Both the position numbers and the translations under genes were made by a program. A stretch of DNA of 64,000 bases, taken from assembly GCA_964016885.1 (NCBI GenBank), contig OZ024748.1, forward strand, positions 51,212,001 through 51,276,000. Direction: 5' to 3'. Numbering within the stretch: the first letter of the stretch is position 1; the number at the start of each line of letters is the position of its first letter. Source of the stretch: Eledone cirrhosa (taxonomy: Eukaryota). Positions 1 through 12,779 of this stretch are shown one piece after another. A model generated the notes under the pieces. The model saw nothing but the letters and a program-made list of their open reading frames with translations, was not told where the DNA came from and did not search any database.

Positions 1-54
1 CACCTGTAAATTTTTTAATATTATATATTTATATCAACATTGTTTTATTAAAAA

Positions 55-237
55 AATAATTGTTTCTACTTTAGGCACAAGGCCAGCAATTACCCAGTGT
101 ATTACTGGTACTTTATTTTATCGACCCCGTAAGGATGAAAGGCAAAGTCAACCTCGGCGGGATTTGAACTCAGAATGGCAAGGGCCGTAACTCTATGTGT
201 CAAACCATGGTGTCCGACCCTCTACCGATACTGCCAA
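55..237 (-). mobile_element. SINE-A, tRNA-derived SINE (central domain resembles the Meta-type domain)
   Basis: Minus strand has A-box-like TGGCAGTATCGG, B-box GAGTTCAAATCC, central TTGCCTTTCATCCTTACGGGGTCGATAAAATAAAGTACCAGT and tail GCTGGCCTTGTGCCTAAAGTAGAAACAATT; about 15 near-identical copies in the window. Confidence 0.9.
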
Positions 238-811
238 AAAATAATGACGATGATATATTTGTTGTGCTTTCCATATTTTTGGCAGGGTTTTTTGATTGGA
301 TGCCCTTCCTATCACCAACCACTTTACAGCGTGGACTGGTGTATCAGTTCTTATTTGGAGTGTCTACTCTCTTATGTGGGTTGCTTCACTATGCACATGT
401 CAAGATGGCCGACTGAAAACGCATGTGTGTTTTTTTTTCCCCAATTTTTTTTTCGTATTTTCCCTGTTCCTTCCCCTCATAACTCTTTACTTTATATTTA
501 TCTTCTATTTCTAACTCTACCTTCTTATGAAGGACTAGTTTCCTTAACGTTAAGACTCTCTTCCTGTTATTTCAAGCGTTAAACTAATATATTTCTTCCA
601 TTTACTGTGCATTTTAGTTATAATTGTTATTTCTGTTTACTCTTTACATACACACACATATATATATATATATATAAGTAATAAAATAAAAAACAAAAAC
701 AATAACAAAGAGTACAGTACGAACAGTGTTGGTATATATGTATGCATATATTCATTTAAAAACAACAGAAGGCCAGACTAGAAAAATTCTTTAAAGTTTT
801 AATTTTGTCAA

Positions 812-886
812 AACACTATAAGTATTTCAATGGCCCTTTTCATCATCTGATCATCATACAAGACTTAAGCGATTTCATCAGATGTT
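812..886 (-). ncRNA. Degenerate type I hammerhead ribozyme motif (family H3)
   Basis: Minus: AACAT-CTGATGA-AAT...ATT-GAAA-TACTTA-TA-GTGTT; flanks (760-915) are homologous to the palindrome at 42469-42929. Confidence 0.55.
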
Positions 887-1024
887 GATTGCAAAATTGT
901 TATATAAGATAACAGGATTACAGCGAATACAAATAGAGAATAGATTTGGTCAACTCACTCAGTAAACATTAGCTTCAGCTTGGTCAACAAGATCCAAAAG
1001 GGACAATTTCTGAAAACCTGAAAT

Positions 1025-1362
1025 AGTAATAATAAAAATAATAATGATGATAATAATGATTTCTTTATTGGCCACTAGGGCCTACATATAGGGGACAATA
1101 CAAAAAGATAGGGACAGTGCGGGTTTACAGTGAAATCGATTAAAAAAACAAATTAACAATAAAAGTACAACAACAAAAAATTTCCCAATAAGGGTGAGAA
1201 TCACCCAAAGGTGACTCAGCCAGCCCACCAATCCTGAACCACCCAACGCTTCAAGGGCACCCCACTGTTCCTCAAATCAAGCAGCCTACAAGGCTCAGAG
1301 TAGGCCTATTTTCATGGGCCATTCTCACCATATTCACCCGCCTTTTAGAAAATGTACTAGTA
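1025..1362 (-). mobile_element. 3' end of an L1/Tx1-like LINE
   Basis: Minus reads STFSKRRVNMVRMAHENRPTLSL, then a UTR ending GGCCAATAAAGAAATC and a (TTA)n-like tail; a short related fragment lies at about 3450-3495. Clade call is from motif recall. Confidence 0.5.
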
Positions 1363-2375
1363 CTAATAATAATATTTTTTGTCACGAGTGCGATATCAGA
1401 TAGCCTTTGCCCTGAAGAAATGTACTCTATAATACTTAGGCCTTTAGCCCTAATATTTAATTTTATGTTTTAAATTTGCAACCGCCAATGGACACCCCCT
1501 TCCGCGTCCACTGAACAAAACAGCCAAATTTTCATAAAAATCAAAGCAGCTAATTTGAATTTTGAGAAGAAATCTTATTGGTCTGCTTATATATTCCCTA
1601 GAGACTAGCAGCGCGCCAGCATACTAATCCCTCGGAATATATATATATACTTTTACCCCACTTTCTTCCTCTCCCTTTCTCCCTCTCACCCCCTCGTCTG
1701 ACCATTTAGCAGTTCTCTTCTCACTTATAACTGCGGCGACCGGATGTGTGTCTTGTTCCTCTCGACTACTCAGTCTTGAACATAAGTTCTCTTATAGAGT
1801 GGTCTTGGATTTCCTACCTATAGTTGCTCGTACATTGCTCGGATTCTTGTTGTTTTTCCGCTGTTTTGTTACTGTTTTCTCTTTTCTTCCCCTTTGCTTT
1901 CCTTCCCTCCTTCCTTCGTTTTCCCAATAACTTATGTAGTTATTAACGCCCTGGGGTGAGGTATCTTGTCTTTAAAGCGTAGAAATATCCGAGACCCCCA
2001 GTAGACAACTGATGAAGAAACCCCCACCCCGTTCCTGCTTTCTTCGTATTCCCACTGCATTTTAAGTTACCTTAAATAGCATCTACACAGCCATTTCTAT
2101 TCTCTATATATATATATGATAATGAAATGACAGGAGGCTGGACTTGTGTAAATCCTTGAAAGGTTTATTATACTATGATCATTTCAATGACCGGGTTCCG
2201 TATGAATCCGGTGATATCATTCGAAATATAATAAGTGAATGTAATGGATAAAATCCATGGGGCTGAAAATCAAAGACCCGAGGACGACCGCCATCCAGCA
2301 TCTTCCACCTTTGCCGGTCGCCCTCAATATATTTCGTTTCTGAATTTGTTTGGCAACATGACCCTCCCAAAGTAT

Positions 2376-2426
<51 letters not shown>

Positions 2427-3042
2427 AAAGATAAGTGTGGACATTAGAAAACGTTCTATACAGACCACGTTATATAAAGAAGACGACAACAAAAGAAAAT
2501 GCACCTTATATAAGAGGGGACTTTATAACATTTACAAAATATTGGTATTTAGAATAGCTTGCTTTCTCCATTTTTAGACTTTCAAAAACATTTCTTTTTA
2601 AGTTTAATTGCCCTTTCGTTCAGACTCTTGCATGTTGTTTTACGATTGCATGGTTAAGGTCGCCATATAGATATATATGTGTGTGTGTGCGTGTGCGTGC
2701 GTGTATAAGGCAAAACGTATTAATAGTATATAAAAAAACAGCAACAACGACAACAGCAATGACAACACCAAATCCCCCACCCCACTACATCAACACCGAA
2801 AAAATATTTGAAGTATATATCAAAGTCCCACCACCGCGACAAGAACCAACAGCTACGACATAAAATGTTATGTATAAGCAACAAATTTCAAAGGTACAAC
2901 ACAGCCGAAGTCTTGAGAATCAGTAACACCAACAACAATTCTCTGTTAAACAACAACATCAGCCCCATATCAGCAATAGACACAACTTATACTGCTTCTG
3001 CTACTACTGCTGCTACTACTACTACTACTACTAATGATAATA

Positions 3043-3428
3043 ATAATTGTTTCTACTTTAAGCACAAGGCCAGTGCTTGACTGGTACTTTATTTGGACCC
3101 CGTAAGGATGAAAAGTAAATCTAACCTCGGAGGAATTTGATCTCAGAACATAAAGGGCCGTAACTTTGTCACGAAGCATGCTTTACCAATACTGTCAATC
3201 CGCCGCCCTCTACCCCCTAATAATGATAATAATAATAATTGTTTCTACTTTTGGCACAAGGCCAGCAATTACCCCACCGCATTACTGGTGCTTTATGTTA
3301 TCGACCTCGTAAGGATGAAAGGCAAAGTAAACCTGGGTGGGATCTGAACTCAGACCACAAAGGGCCATAATTCTATGCTGCAAAGCAAGGCGTTCGACCT
3401 TCTACCGATACTGCCAAACCACCGCCCT
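3043..3428 (-). mobile_element. Two tandem SINE-A copies (3043-3209, 3234-3428)
   Basis: Same A/B boxes, central domain and tail as 55-237. Confidence 0.88.
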
Positions 3429-3939
3429 TAATGATAATAATAATAACCCTAATGCCTACATATAGAGGACAATACAAAAAGACATAGACAGAACAATAAT
3501 CATAATAGTAATAATTATAACAACGTCAACACAACCCACAACCAAACAAAAGCAATGACCACAACTACAGTACAATAATTTCCCTACTGGCCAATCAAAG
3601 TAGGTCAAAAGTAACATAAACACTTCCCTCAAAGTAGCAAATATATTTTTAGATTTTTTCTCCCAAGAAAAATCTATTTACAATAATGGTTTTAATATTA
3701 GCGTTGTTGATAGTGGTGATGGTGATAATGAGTTCTTTATAATAATAACAATAGTGATGGTGTCACGATAAAAACACTGGTAGTTGTGTAACCTAATAAT
3801 TGCTACCTCATGTGTTAAATCAATTTTTTCTACCCTATAGGAGTGATTATGTTACAAAAATATTTTGAGAATAATGGTGAAAGTATCATGTCCAGCAGAC
3901 TTGGGGTACCTGGTCAACTCCAGCAGGCTGTTAATGAGC

Positions 3940-4680
3940 AATGGACCAGCAATCACGATGGAAATGGAATAAACAAGTAAATGTTGTGGTCATAGTGTGT
4001 TACTACTTGAGCAATTCTGTAGATAAAAATGGGTCCCTATCAAATGATACTGATAATAAATGCATAAAAAATGGAGAGAATGAGGCTTGTTTCAAATCAG
4101 AGACCAGACGTTATGTGTCCAAGCCAGAGCAAAAAAAAAAAAAAAAAAATGGTTGACAGAAGTAGAATTTGAAACTATCAAAAGACAAGTATCAGGAAAC
4201 AGCAGTGAAAGAAATGGTGAAAATGAAGGTCTTACTGAGGAAAGGGAAACACAAGAGTGAAGAGATTTCTGGTAAACTACAGAAACAGGGTAGAGAGGGT
4301 TTATTTGGTGAGAGAAATGTAGTAGGTATGGAAGACAAGGAAATTAACAAAGACGCGACAGGTGAACAGAAAGCAATGTATGAGAGAATAGAGGCAAGAT
4401 TACAGGAGGACAATACTAATCTTATTTGCAACCTAAAGAAGTTGACCAATTGACACTGATTCAAAAAACATATAAGGTGAATGAAGTTCCTGAATACATC
4501 AAAACTAATAACATCACAGAAACAGATGACCTCATAAAGTCAGCATGTATTGTTGTAGCAGAAAATATGGGTGTAGATATGAAGTCAAAGAAAAACACTT
4601 AGACATAAAAAAGAGCTATGGTGGAAAAGGAGATTACAGGCCAGTATAGATATCCTATTGAAGAACATTCTATCTATTTA
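3940..4680 (+). pseudogene. Decayed N-terminal ORF fragment of a Dong/R4-clade (restriction-like-endonuclease) non-LTR retrotransposon
   Basis: Frameshifted, stop-interrupted peptides SRWKWNKQVNVVVIVCYYLS, MHKKWRE*GLFQIRDQTLCVQARA, LTEVEFETIKRQ, IKTNNITETDDLIKSACIVVAENMG and LWWKRRLQ match the RRKW..N..VMECY / EQRL.DQ.R.I / N.ITETN.LI / PWWKRRL pattern of R4/Dong ORFs. Confidence 0.75.
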
Positions 4681-5448
4681 AGATCAGAATGTAAAGAACC
4701 AGAAAAATACTGCAAGGCATTTTATCTGACATTCAAAAGATTCTGCAAAATATTATGTTTATACACCTTTGAAAATTGTATTTCTTCATTTACCATCTAA
4801 AATGTTATATTTAACTATCATCTCAAATTTGATCCTTTGATATATATCATGAACAAGTGTGACTCTTTTTATAACACCTAAGATTTTATCTGTCCATATA
4901 TCATTTAGAATTGTATAAGTTTATATACTATGTTAAATGTTATATGTCTGCAGCTAAAACATTTTCTGTCCACACACCTGCTAAAAATGATATGTTTCAA
5001 AATGTCATCTAAATACAAAACCTGTCTAAATACAAACAGCCATAAAGAATATTTGAGTTGAGTTTACATATATGAGTATGTTGTAAATATTTTCATTTAT
5101 TGGTAAGCAGTGTAGAACAAAACAAAGTCTCCGATAAGCCGACACAACCATGATTCAAAGCTATTTCACTTCACTTGTCTTCTATCCCCTTGAAAATGGC
5201 ATGAACCTCAAAATATCACATTTTTTTCACCCCCAAAATATCTAATGATTCTCTGTGTGTAGTCAAAAGGAACCAATATTTATGCATGAACTTATCCACA
5301 TGTAGTGAGCCTTCTAAGACATACACTACATGAGTAAATACAACTGAATAGGCATGTGTGTTGGTGTATGTATATATTTCTATTGTGTGTACGTCTATGT
5401 ATTGATATGCCAGTGAGTTTGTTATGTATCTGTGGGAATCAGTGTGTG

Positions 5449-5482
<34 letters not shown>

Positions 5483-5909
5483 ATGTGTGTGGTGTATGAA
5501 TCTAGAGGTGGGGGAAAGATGTGAACTATGAATGTGTGTGTATATATGTGTCTTCGTCTGTCAAGTGAAAAGCAATAAAGCATCTTTACTTTCGATGGAA
5601 AAAGACGATTAAAACTTAAAAGATGATTATGGTAAGTCTCTATATTATGCCCCCATACCTCCCCTGTGTCATGTTATCAGTGAAGTGTTCAAGCAACAGA
5701 TCACACTGGCCTGCTTTAAGTCAATTTCGATAGAGAGTGATGTGGTGAGGAAGGTATTTCACAGTATCTAGATATCATTAGATCAATGGTTATTTAAAAT
5801 AGGTTGGTGGAAGATGGAAAAGATTTCTCCCTACAACCAATGCTTCATTTAATATATGTTTGTCTGGGTTTATGTTTGATTGTTTGCATACTGGATACAC
5901 ACACATGCA

Positions 5910-5952
5910 CACAGATATACGTGTATATATATATATATATATACACACACAA

Positions 5953-6027
<75 letters not shown>

Positions 6028-6195
6028 ATATACACAAGTATATATGTTATCAATTTTTAAATATATATATATATATGCATGAGTTCAAACATTAAAGCAC
6101 ACACGACTACATACTCAGATATCTCTGCAAATATAAATGCTTCTAAAACTTCAACTATAAATGTAAAGAATAATTGTAAAAGCAAGATATTTTGT

Positions 6196-6250
<55 letters not shown>

Positions 6251-6300
6251 TTGTATATTTGTGTTTGTATGTATATATAAGTGTATACTTGTGATTATGT
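5910..6300. repeat. (TA)n/(CA)n microsatellite block
   Basis: Direct inspection; source of the spurious YIYI/HTHT ORFs. Confidence 0.95.
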
Positions 6301-6671
6301 ATGTTAGCTAAAATATATAGAAGGTTTTAAAGAAGAATTGTAACTTAGGAACATTAGCGATGGGATGTGAGAATGCCTGAATGACTCAATATCAAATTGG
6401 TTAACAGGTTTTCAGTTTATTTTTTTTTTGCAGTGCCTGTGTGGTCTATGCATATGGAAACGAAAGGTGCTATAGCATTAAAAAGTAAGCTTCTGGCAAA
6501 TTGATTCTTCACCCCAAGGTTGATTCACTTATTTAACCAAAACTCTTGGTAAAGTCATGAACATATCAGCTCCAACTTTTTCATATTCCACCAAAATTCA
6601 AAAGGGGTTATGACCAGTTCATGAAAGTTGATCATCATGAAATGTCAATAAATTTATCTTTTTAACTATAT

Positions 6672-6890
6672 AATGATTTCTTATATAGGCACAAGGCCAG
6701 CAATTTTGGGGGTGGGGGAAAGTCGATTAAATCGACCCCAGTGCGTGACTGGTACTTTATTTTATCGACTCTGTAAGGATGAAAGGAAAAGTTAACCTCG
6801 GCAGGATTTGAACTCAGATCATAACGGGGCGTAACTCTATGCTGCAAAGCATGGCATCCGGCCCTCTACCGATAGTGACAATCCACCGCC
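6672..6890 (-). mobile_element. SINE-A, long variant with an extra GGGGGTGGGGGAAAGTCGATTAAATCGACCCC segment
   Basis: SINE-A boxes plus an insert also seen at 20561-20780, 48086-48300 and 62288-62415. Confidence 0.85.
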
Positions 6891-6934
6891 AATGCATGGA
6901 TAAGTATTAAATCTTTTCCTTTCATATATATTTG

Positions 6935-7108
6935 TAAACCGGAGTCCACACTGTAAACGTGGTTGGTGTTAGGAAGGGCATCCAGCCGTAGAAAACCCGC
7001 CAGACAGTCCTATACGAGCAAGACAACCAATCTTGCCTCAAGTGGGAAAATTCCCGTCCAAACCCATGCTAGCGTGGAAGATGGACATTAAACGATGATG
7101 ATGATGAT
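6935..7108 (+). mobile_element. 5'-truncated RTE-related element (Ceph-like domain plus RTE tail)
   Basis: GGTTGGTGTTAGGAAGGGCATCCAGCCGTAGAAAA ... CCCGTCCAAACCCATGCTAGCGTGGAAGATGGACATTAAACGATGATGATG; homologous to 32864-33244 and 34197-34560. Confidence 0.8.
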
Positions 7109-7264
7109 ATAGGTGAAATCCCAGAGTAAGAAGCCTCACTACTTAGTCATAATATATATAAATATTTGCACTAGGTTTCTTATATATTTGATATATAATT
7201 ATCCTTATCGAGCCCTCTTTGGATTTTAGTCTTCAAATTTATTATTATTACTATATATATATAT

Positions 7265-7455
7265 ATAATTGTTTCTACTTTAGGCACAAGGCCAGCAATT
7301 ACCCATTTCATTACTGGTACTTTATTTTATCGACCCCGTAAGGATGAAAGGCAAAGTCAACCTCGGCGGGATTTGAACTCAGATCGTAAAGGGACGTAAC
7401 TATGCTGGAAAGCATGGCGTCCGACCCTCTACCGATACTGCCAATCCACCGCCCC
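7265..7455 (-). mobile_element. SINE-A, full length, in a (TA)n context
   Basis: Near-consensus copy. Confidence 0.9.
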
Positions 7456-7745
7456 ACTATATATATATATAATGATAGAATGCAAAGGTGAAATATAGTT
7501 ATTCATGATCTTCCATAATACATATTTCTGTGGCATTAATAATTACTTAATATTGCCATTGCAATTACCACCATGACTCTGTCAGACAGCATCTTAAGTA
7601 ATAAGGTTGTTATGTAATATTTAATGCAATAGAAACTATTGACAAGCTCCATTGAAGAGGTTTATATATTTATTCCATTATAAATATTGTGGTTTGTACA
7701 AAACTTTACATTTCTTCTGAAAGTTTACTGATTCAAACTACCCCC

Positions 7746-7928
7746 TAGATTCTTTTGTTCAATATTTCCTTCTTGTTAGTATATTATTTCTAGATTCTTT
7801 TGTTCAATATTTCCTTCTTGTTTGTATATTATTTCTAGATTCTTTTGTTCAATATTTCCTTCTTGTTTGTATATTATTTCTAAATTCTTTTGTTCAATAT
7901 TTCCTTCTTGTTTGTATATTATTTCTAG
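7746..7928. repeat. 45-bp tandem repeat, 4 copies
   Basis: Unit TAGATTCTTTTGTTCAATATTTCCTTCTTGTTTGTATATTATTTC starts at 7746, 7791, 7836 and 7881. Confidence 0.95.
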
Positions 7929-8403
7929 TTGAACACTAATATAGAGTTAATTTAAGTTACAATATAACCACTGTCAGAATGTCAGATGGATTGTTTTGTG
8001 GTATTAACTCCAGCTCTTTGCTGTCTAAGTTCAAATTTTGACAAGGTGAACTTTGACTTTCATCCATTTCAGGTTACTAAACAGTACCAGTCAAGTACTG
8101 GGGTTGATTCTTTTTCTATATCTCTTTCTCACTTCCATTGTCTCTTTATCCTTCTCTGGGAGAAATCTGAAATATTCACAACCAGAGAGATTGGTTTCAC
8201 CAGGTTTTAAAAAATGCCCTAGAAAAACTGTATTTCAATGTTGCACCTCTACACCTCCCTCAGGAGATATGGTTCCATGCATAACCCTCATGGTGAGTTG
8301 GACTGGATACATTTGCATTGTGTCACCAGCAAGACCATCTTACAGGATGCATTATGTACTTCTGGTCATGTCCCCTATACTACCAACTTATATATATATA
8401 TAT

Positions 8404-8774
8404 ATCATCATCGTCATCATCATTTCATTTTACGTCCGCTTTTCCCTGCTTGCAAGGGTTGGACGGGAACTGATTTGGCTTGATTTCTACAGCTGGATGC
8501 CCTTCCTAACACCAACCTCATTTACAGTGAGTGCTGGGTGCTTTTGGCTGTGGCACCTCCACGACCACTTTGCAGTGGAATGATAGGGACCCCAGTAGAA
8601 ATGAGATGATAGGGACTGGGGTCCCTATCATCTCATTTCTACAGCTGAGTAAACTGGAGCAATGTGAAATAAAGTGTCTTGATCAAGGAAACAACACATC
8701 ACCCGATCTGAGAATTGAACTCACAACCTTTCGATTGCAAGGCCAATGCTCTAACCACTAAGCCATGCGCCTCC
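8404..8774 (-). mobile_element. SINE-B (tRNA head + CORE-like domain + Ceph-like domain + RTE tail)
   Basis: A box TGGCTTAGTGG, B box GAGTTCAATTC, CORE-like TGTTTCCTTGA.CAAGACACTTTATTTCACATTGCTCCAG, GGTTGGTGTTAGGAAGGGCATCCAGC and a (GAT)n tail. Confidence 0.9.
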
Positions 8775-9168
8775 ATTAATATATATACATGTATTATCAT
8801 AATTTTACATAAACCTTCCAAGCTGGCATGGTTTGGATGAACTCTCACAGTCCCTGACCAGATAGGTTGGAGAGAGCTCATAATAATCATAGTTTAAATG
8901 TTTGGCATGATATAGATGGCTGGATGCCCTTCCTATTGATAGTACATACCATACAGAATTATCTACATCTGTTTGCATGAAATATTATGAATATATATAC
9001 ACACACACACAGGGAAGACTTATTTAGGTGAATACAAACACAATTTAACATTTAAAACAAAAACTTTACTTGCGTATATATATATATATATACGCACTCC
9101 TATATTTGTATGATTACATGTATTCATGTATATATTTCACTCATTTCTCAGAATAGATACCCCACCCC

Positions 9169-9204
<36 letters not shown>

Positions 9205-9236
9205 ATGTATATATATATATATATATATACATATAC

Positions 9237-9453
9237 ACAGCTGTAGAAATGAAATGATAGGGACTGGGGTCTCTATCATTCCACTGCAAAGTGGCCGTGG
9301 AGGTGCCACGGCAAAAAAGCACCCAGCACTCACTGTAAATGAGGTTGGTGTTAGAAAGGGCATCCAGCTGTAGAAATCAAGCCAGAATCAGTTCCCGTCC
9401 CACCCTTGCAAGCAGGGAAAAAGCGGACGTAAAATGAAATGAAATGAAATGAT
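9237..9453 (+). mobile_element. SINE-B, 5'-truncated
   Basis: 3' two-thirds of SINE-B, inverted relative to 8404-8774. Confidence 0.88.
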
Positions 9454-9799
9454 GTGTGTGTGTATATATGTATATATATATATATATATATTGATACACA
9501 AAAATAAACTTAAAGTAACTTCTAATGCCAAAAGATTAGTATGAGGAGTAACTGTGCTTTTGGTAAGCCTAACAATAAGTAGCCTTCAGAAATGATGCCT
9601 GTTGAAGTGAAAATTACAAACTGGATAGGAGATTGAAGGGAAAAGTACCACCAATATCAGCTACCCCTCCCCAGCCAAAACCACTGATGCCACTTTAACA
9701 ATGATAACAACGATGATGAAAAAATAAAAATCAACATAAAATAATATATATTATTATTTGCCTATGGGGGTACAAGGACATCAGGAGACACTACAAACA

Positions 9800-9845
9800 A
9801 ATATATATATATATATAATGATATATATACAAATATATATATACA

Positions 9846-9880
<35 letters not shown>

Positions 9881-9929
9881 TTATATATATATATATATTT
9901 ATATATTTATATATATATATATATTTATA

Positions 9930-10002
<73 letters not shown>

Positions 10003-10145
10003 TTATATATATATATTGATATATATATTTATATATATATATTGATATATATATATATTGATATATATATATATTGATATATATATATATATTTATATAT
10101 TTATATATATATATTTATATATTTATATATATATATTTATATATT

Positions 10146-10196
<51 letters not shown>

Positions 10197-10258
10197 TTAG
10201 AAGAAAATCAAAAAAATTAATGGGGTAGAATTCTACCACTATATATGATGCATTTACT

Positions 10259-10315
<57 letters not shown>
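9800..10315. repeat. Long imperfect (TA)n microsatellite
   Basis: Direct inspection. Confidence 0.95.
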
Positions 10316-10670
10316 ATAACCTTGTCATCATCATTATCACCTACACAACTACCACCACCATCATCATCTTACCGATAAGACATACATACACACACACGTA
10401 TATATATATATGCATATATATATCCATATACATATTTACAAAGATGCACCAATACTCACACAAGCACACACACATATAGAGAGAGATACATAAACATATG
10501 TATGTGCATCTTTTTCTTCTACTGTACAACTTTTTCACCTTTGTTAAATATATTCATATTGAGTAACCAAAATATGATGGAGATTTTAGCAACTTTCACT
10601 AAAATTACTTCTTTATTCCTCTATCAAATCTCAGGGAGGATAATTTTCTATACAAATACATATATACAGT

Positions 10671-10713
<43 letters not shown>

Positions 10714-10804
10714 ACATGCATGTGTATATATATATATATACCCAACATATACACACATATATATGGTAACATGCATGTGTGTGTATATGCATATATATAT
10801 GGTA

Positions 10805-11571
10805 ACATGCATGTGTGTGTATATACAGTCTATACAAAATGAATACATACATACATGCATACATACATACATACATACATACATACATACATACATACAT
10901 ACACACATACACACATCATGTTTGCCTCAGCTCACAATAGCTGTAACACCATTGCTCTTCTTCTATTTGTTTATATTGTTCCTATTTCTTTTCTAACAAG
11001 GGAGATGTAGATGTATTTGTTTGTTGTTGTTTATTTACTGTAGCCGTTTCACATGAGAATCTACTTACTTTTATGATTATCCTTTCATTTTTATTTATTA
11101 TTTTGTTCATTCCTGTTCGTTTCTGTTCATTTCCACATGACATGTAGTTAGGACAAGTAAATACACATATATATATATTTATATATATATATATAAATAT
11201 ATATATATGTGTATTTACTTGTCCTAACTACATGTCATGTGGAAATGAACAGAAACGAACAGGAAAGAACAAAATAATAAATAAAAATGAAAGGATAATC
11301 ATAAAAGTAAGTAGATTCTCATGTGAAACGGCTACAGTAAATAAACAACAACAAACAAATACATCTACATCTCCCTTGTTAGAAAAGAAATAGGAACAAT
11401 ATAAACAAATAGAAGAAGAGCAATGGTGTTACAGCTATTGTGAGCTGAGGCAAACATGATGTGTGTATGTGTGTATGTATGTATGTATGTATGTATGTAT
11501 GTATGTATGTATGTATGCATGTATGTATGTATTCATTTTGTATAGACTGTATATACAACACACATGCATGT
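10805..11571. repeat. Near-perfect palindrome, about 380-bp arms, centred in (TA)n at about 11188
   Basis: Left ...CATGTAGTTAGGACAAGTAAATACAC is mirrored by GTGTATTTACTTGTCCTAACTACATG...; the ORF track shows the same peptide on both strands (10763+ and 11379-). Confidence 0.95.
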
Positions 11572-11678
11572 GTGTAGTAATATATCATAACTTTTAGTTC
11601 TCTCCTGCAGACTACATCTGATTCCACTTATGCTCAGTTTTTCTTCAACACGTCTGAGCTTCATTGCACACATACATA

Positions 11679-11758
<80 letters not shown>

Positions 11759-12136
11759 CATACATACATATATATATATACACACATACATATATATGCA
11801 TATATATATACATATATACATATATACATACATACACACACACACATATATATATATACACACACACACACACACTCACATATATATATAAATGAAAATA
11901 GAGAAATTAATGTGAGCAAGAAGCCAACAGTATTTCAGAATATATAAGTAACTATAACGTCAAAATGGAAAATATTTAACGTAAGATATGGGAAAATAAT
12001 TCAAACTCAATTAAAAAAAAATCAAGACAGAGATTTTTATCCACAGATTTTGTGAAATCCAGGGAAAAAACCAATAGAGTCTTAACTCAGAATAAAAAGT
12101 TTAAATACTCATCCTTCAATTTGGAAAGACTACAAA

Positions 12137-12219
12137 TGCTCTATATAGTCTTATAAAGACTATTTCACGAAACTTTTCAGTGGGGTTAGTCACGGTTGGA
12201 GTCGTTCATCAGTAGAGCA
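12137..12219 (-). ncRNA. Canonical type I hammerhead ribozyme (family H1)
   Basis: Minus: TGCTCTA-CTGATGA-ACGA[31-nt loop]TCGT-GAAA-TAGTCT-TTATA-AGACTA-TA-TAGAGCA. Stem I 7 bp, stem II 4 bp, stem III 6 bp plus A-U; all core nucleotides present; AUA cleavage triplet. Confidence 0.85.
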
Positions 12220-12249
12220 CAACACGAAATTGAATTGCCAGAAAGGGAA

Positions 12250-12571
<322 letters not shown>

Positions 12572-12574
<3 letters not shown>

Positions 12575-12762
12575 ATTGTTTCTACTTTAGGCACAAGGCC
12601 AGCAATTACCCAGTGCATTACTGGTACTTTATTTTATCGACCCCGTAAGGATGAAAGGCAAAGTCAACCTCGGCAGGATTTGAACTCAGATCATAAAGGG
12701 ACGTAACTATGCTGGAAAGCATGGCGTCCGACCCTCTATCGATACTGCCAATCCACTGCCCT
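12572..12762 (-). mobile_element. SINE-A
   Basis: Near-consensus copy. Confidence 0.9.
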
Positions 12763-12779
12763 TATATATATAATGTAGT

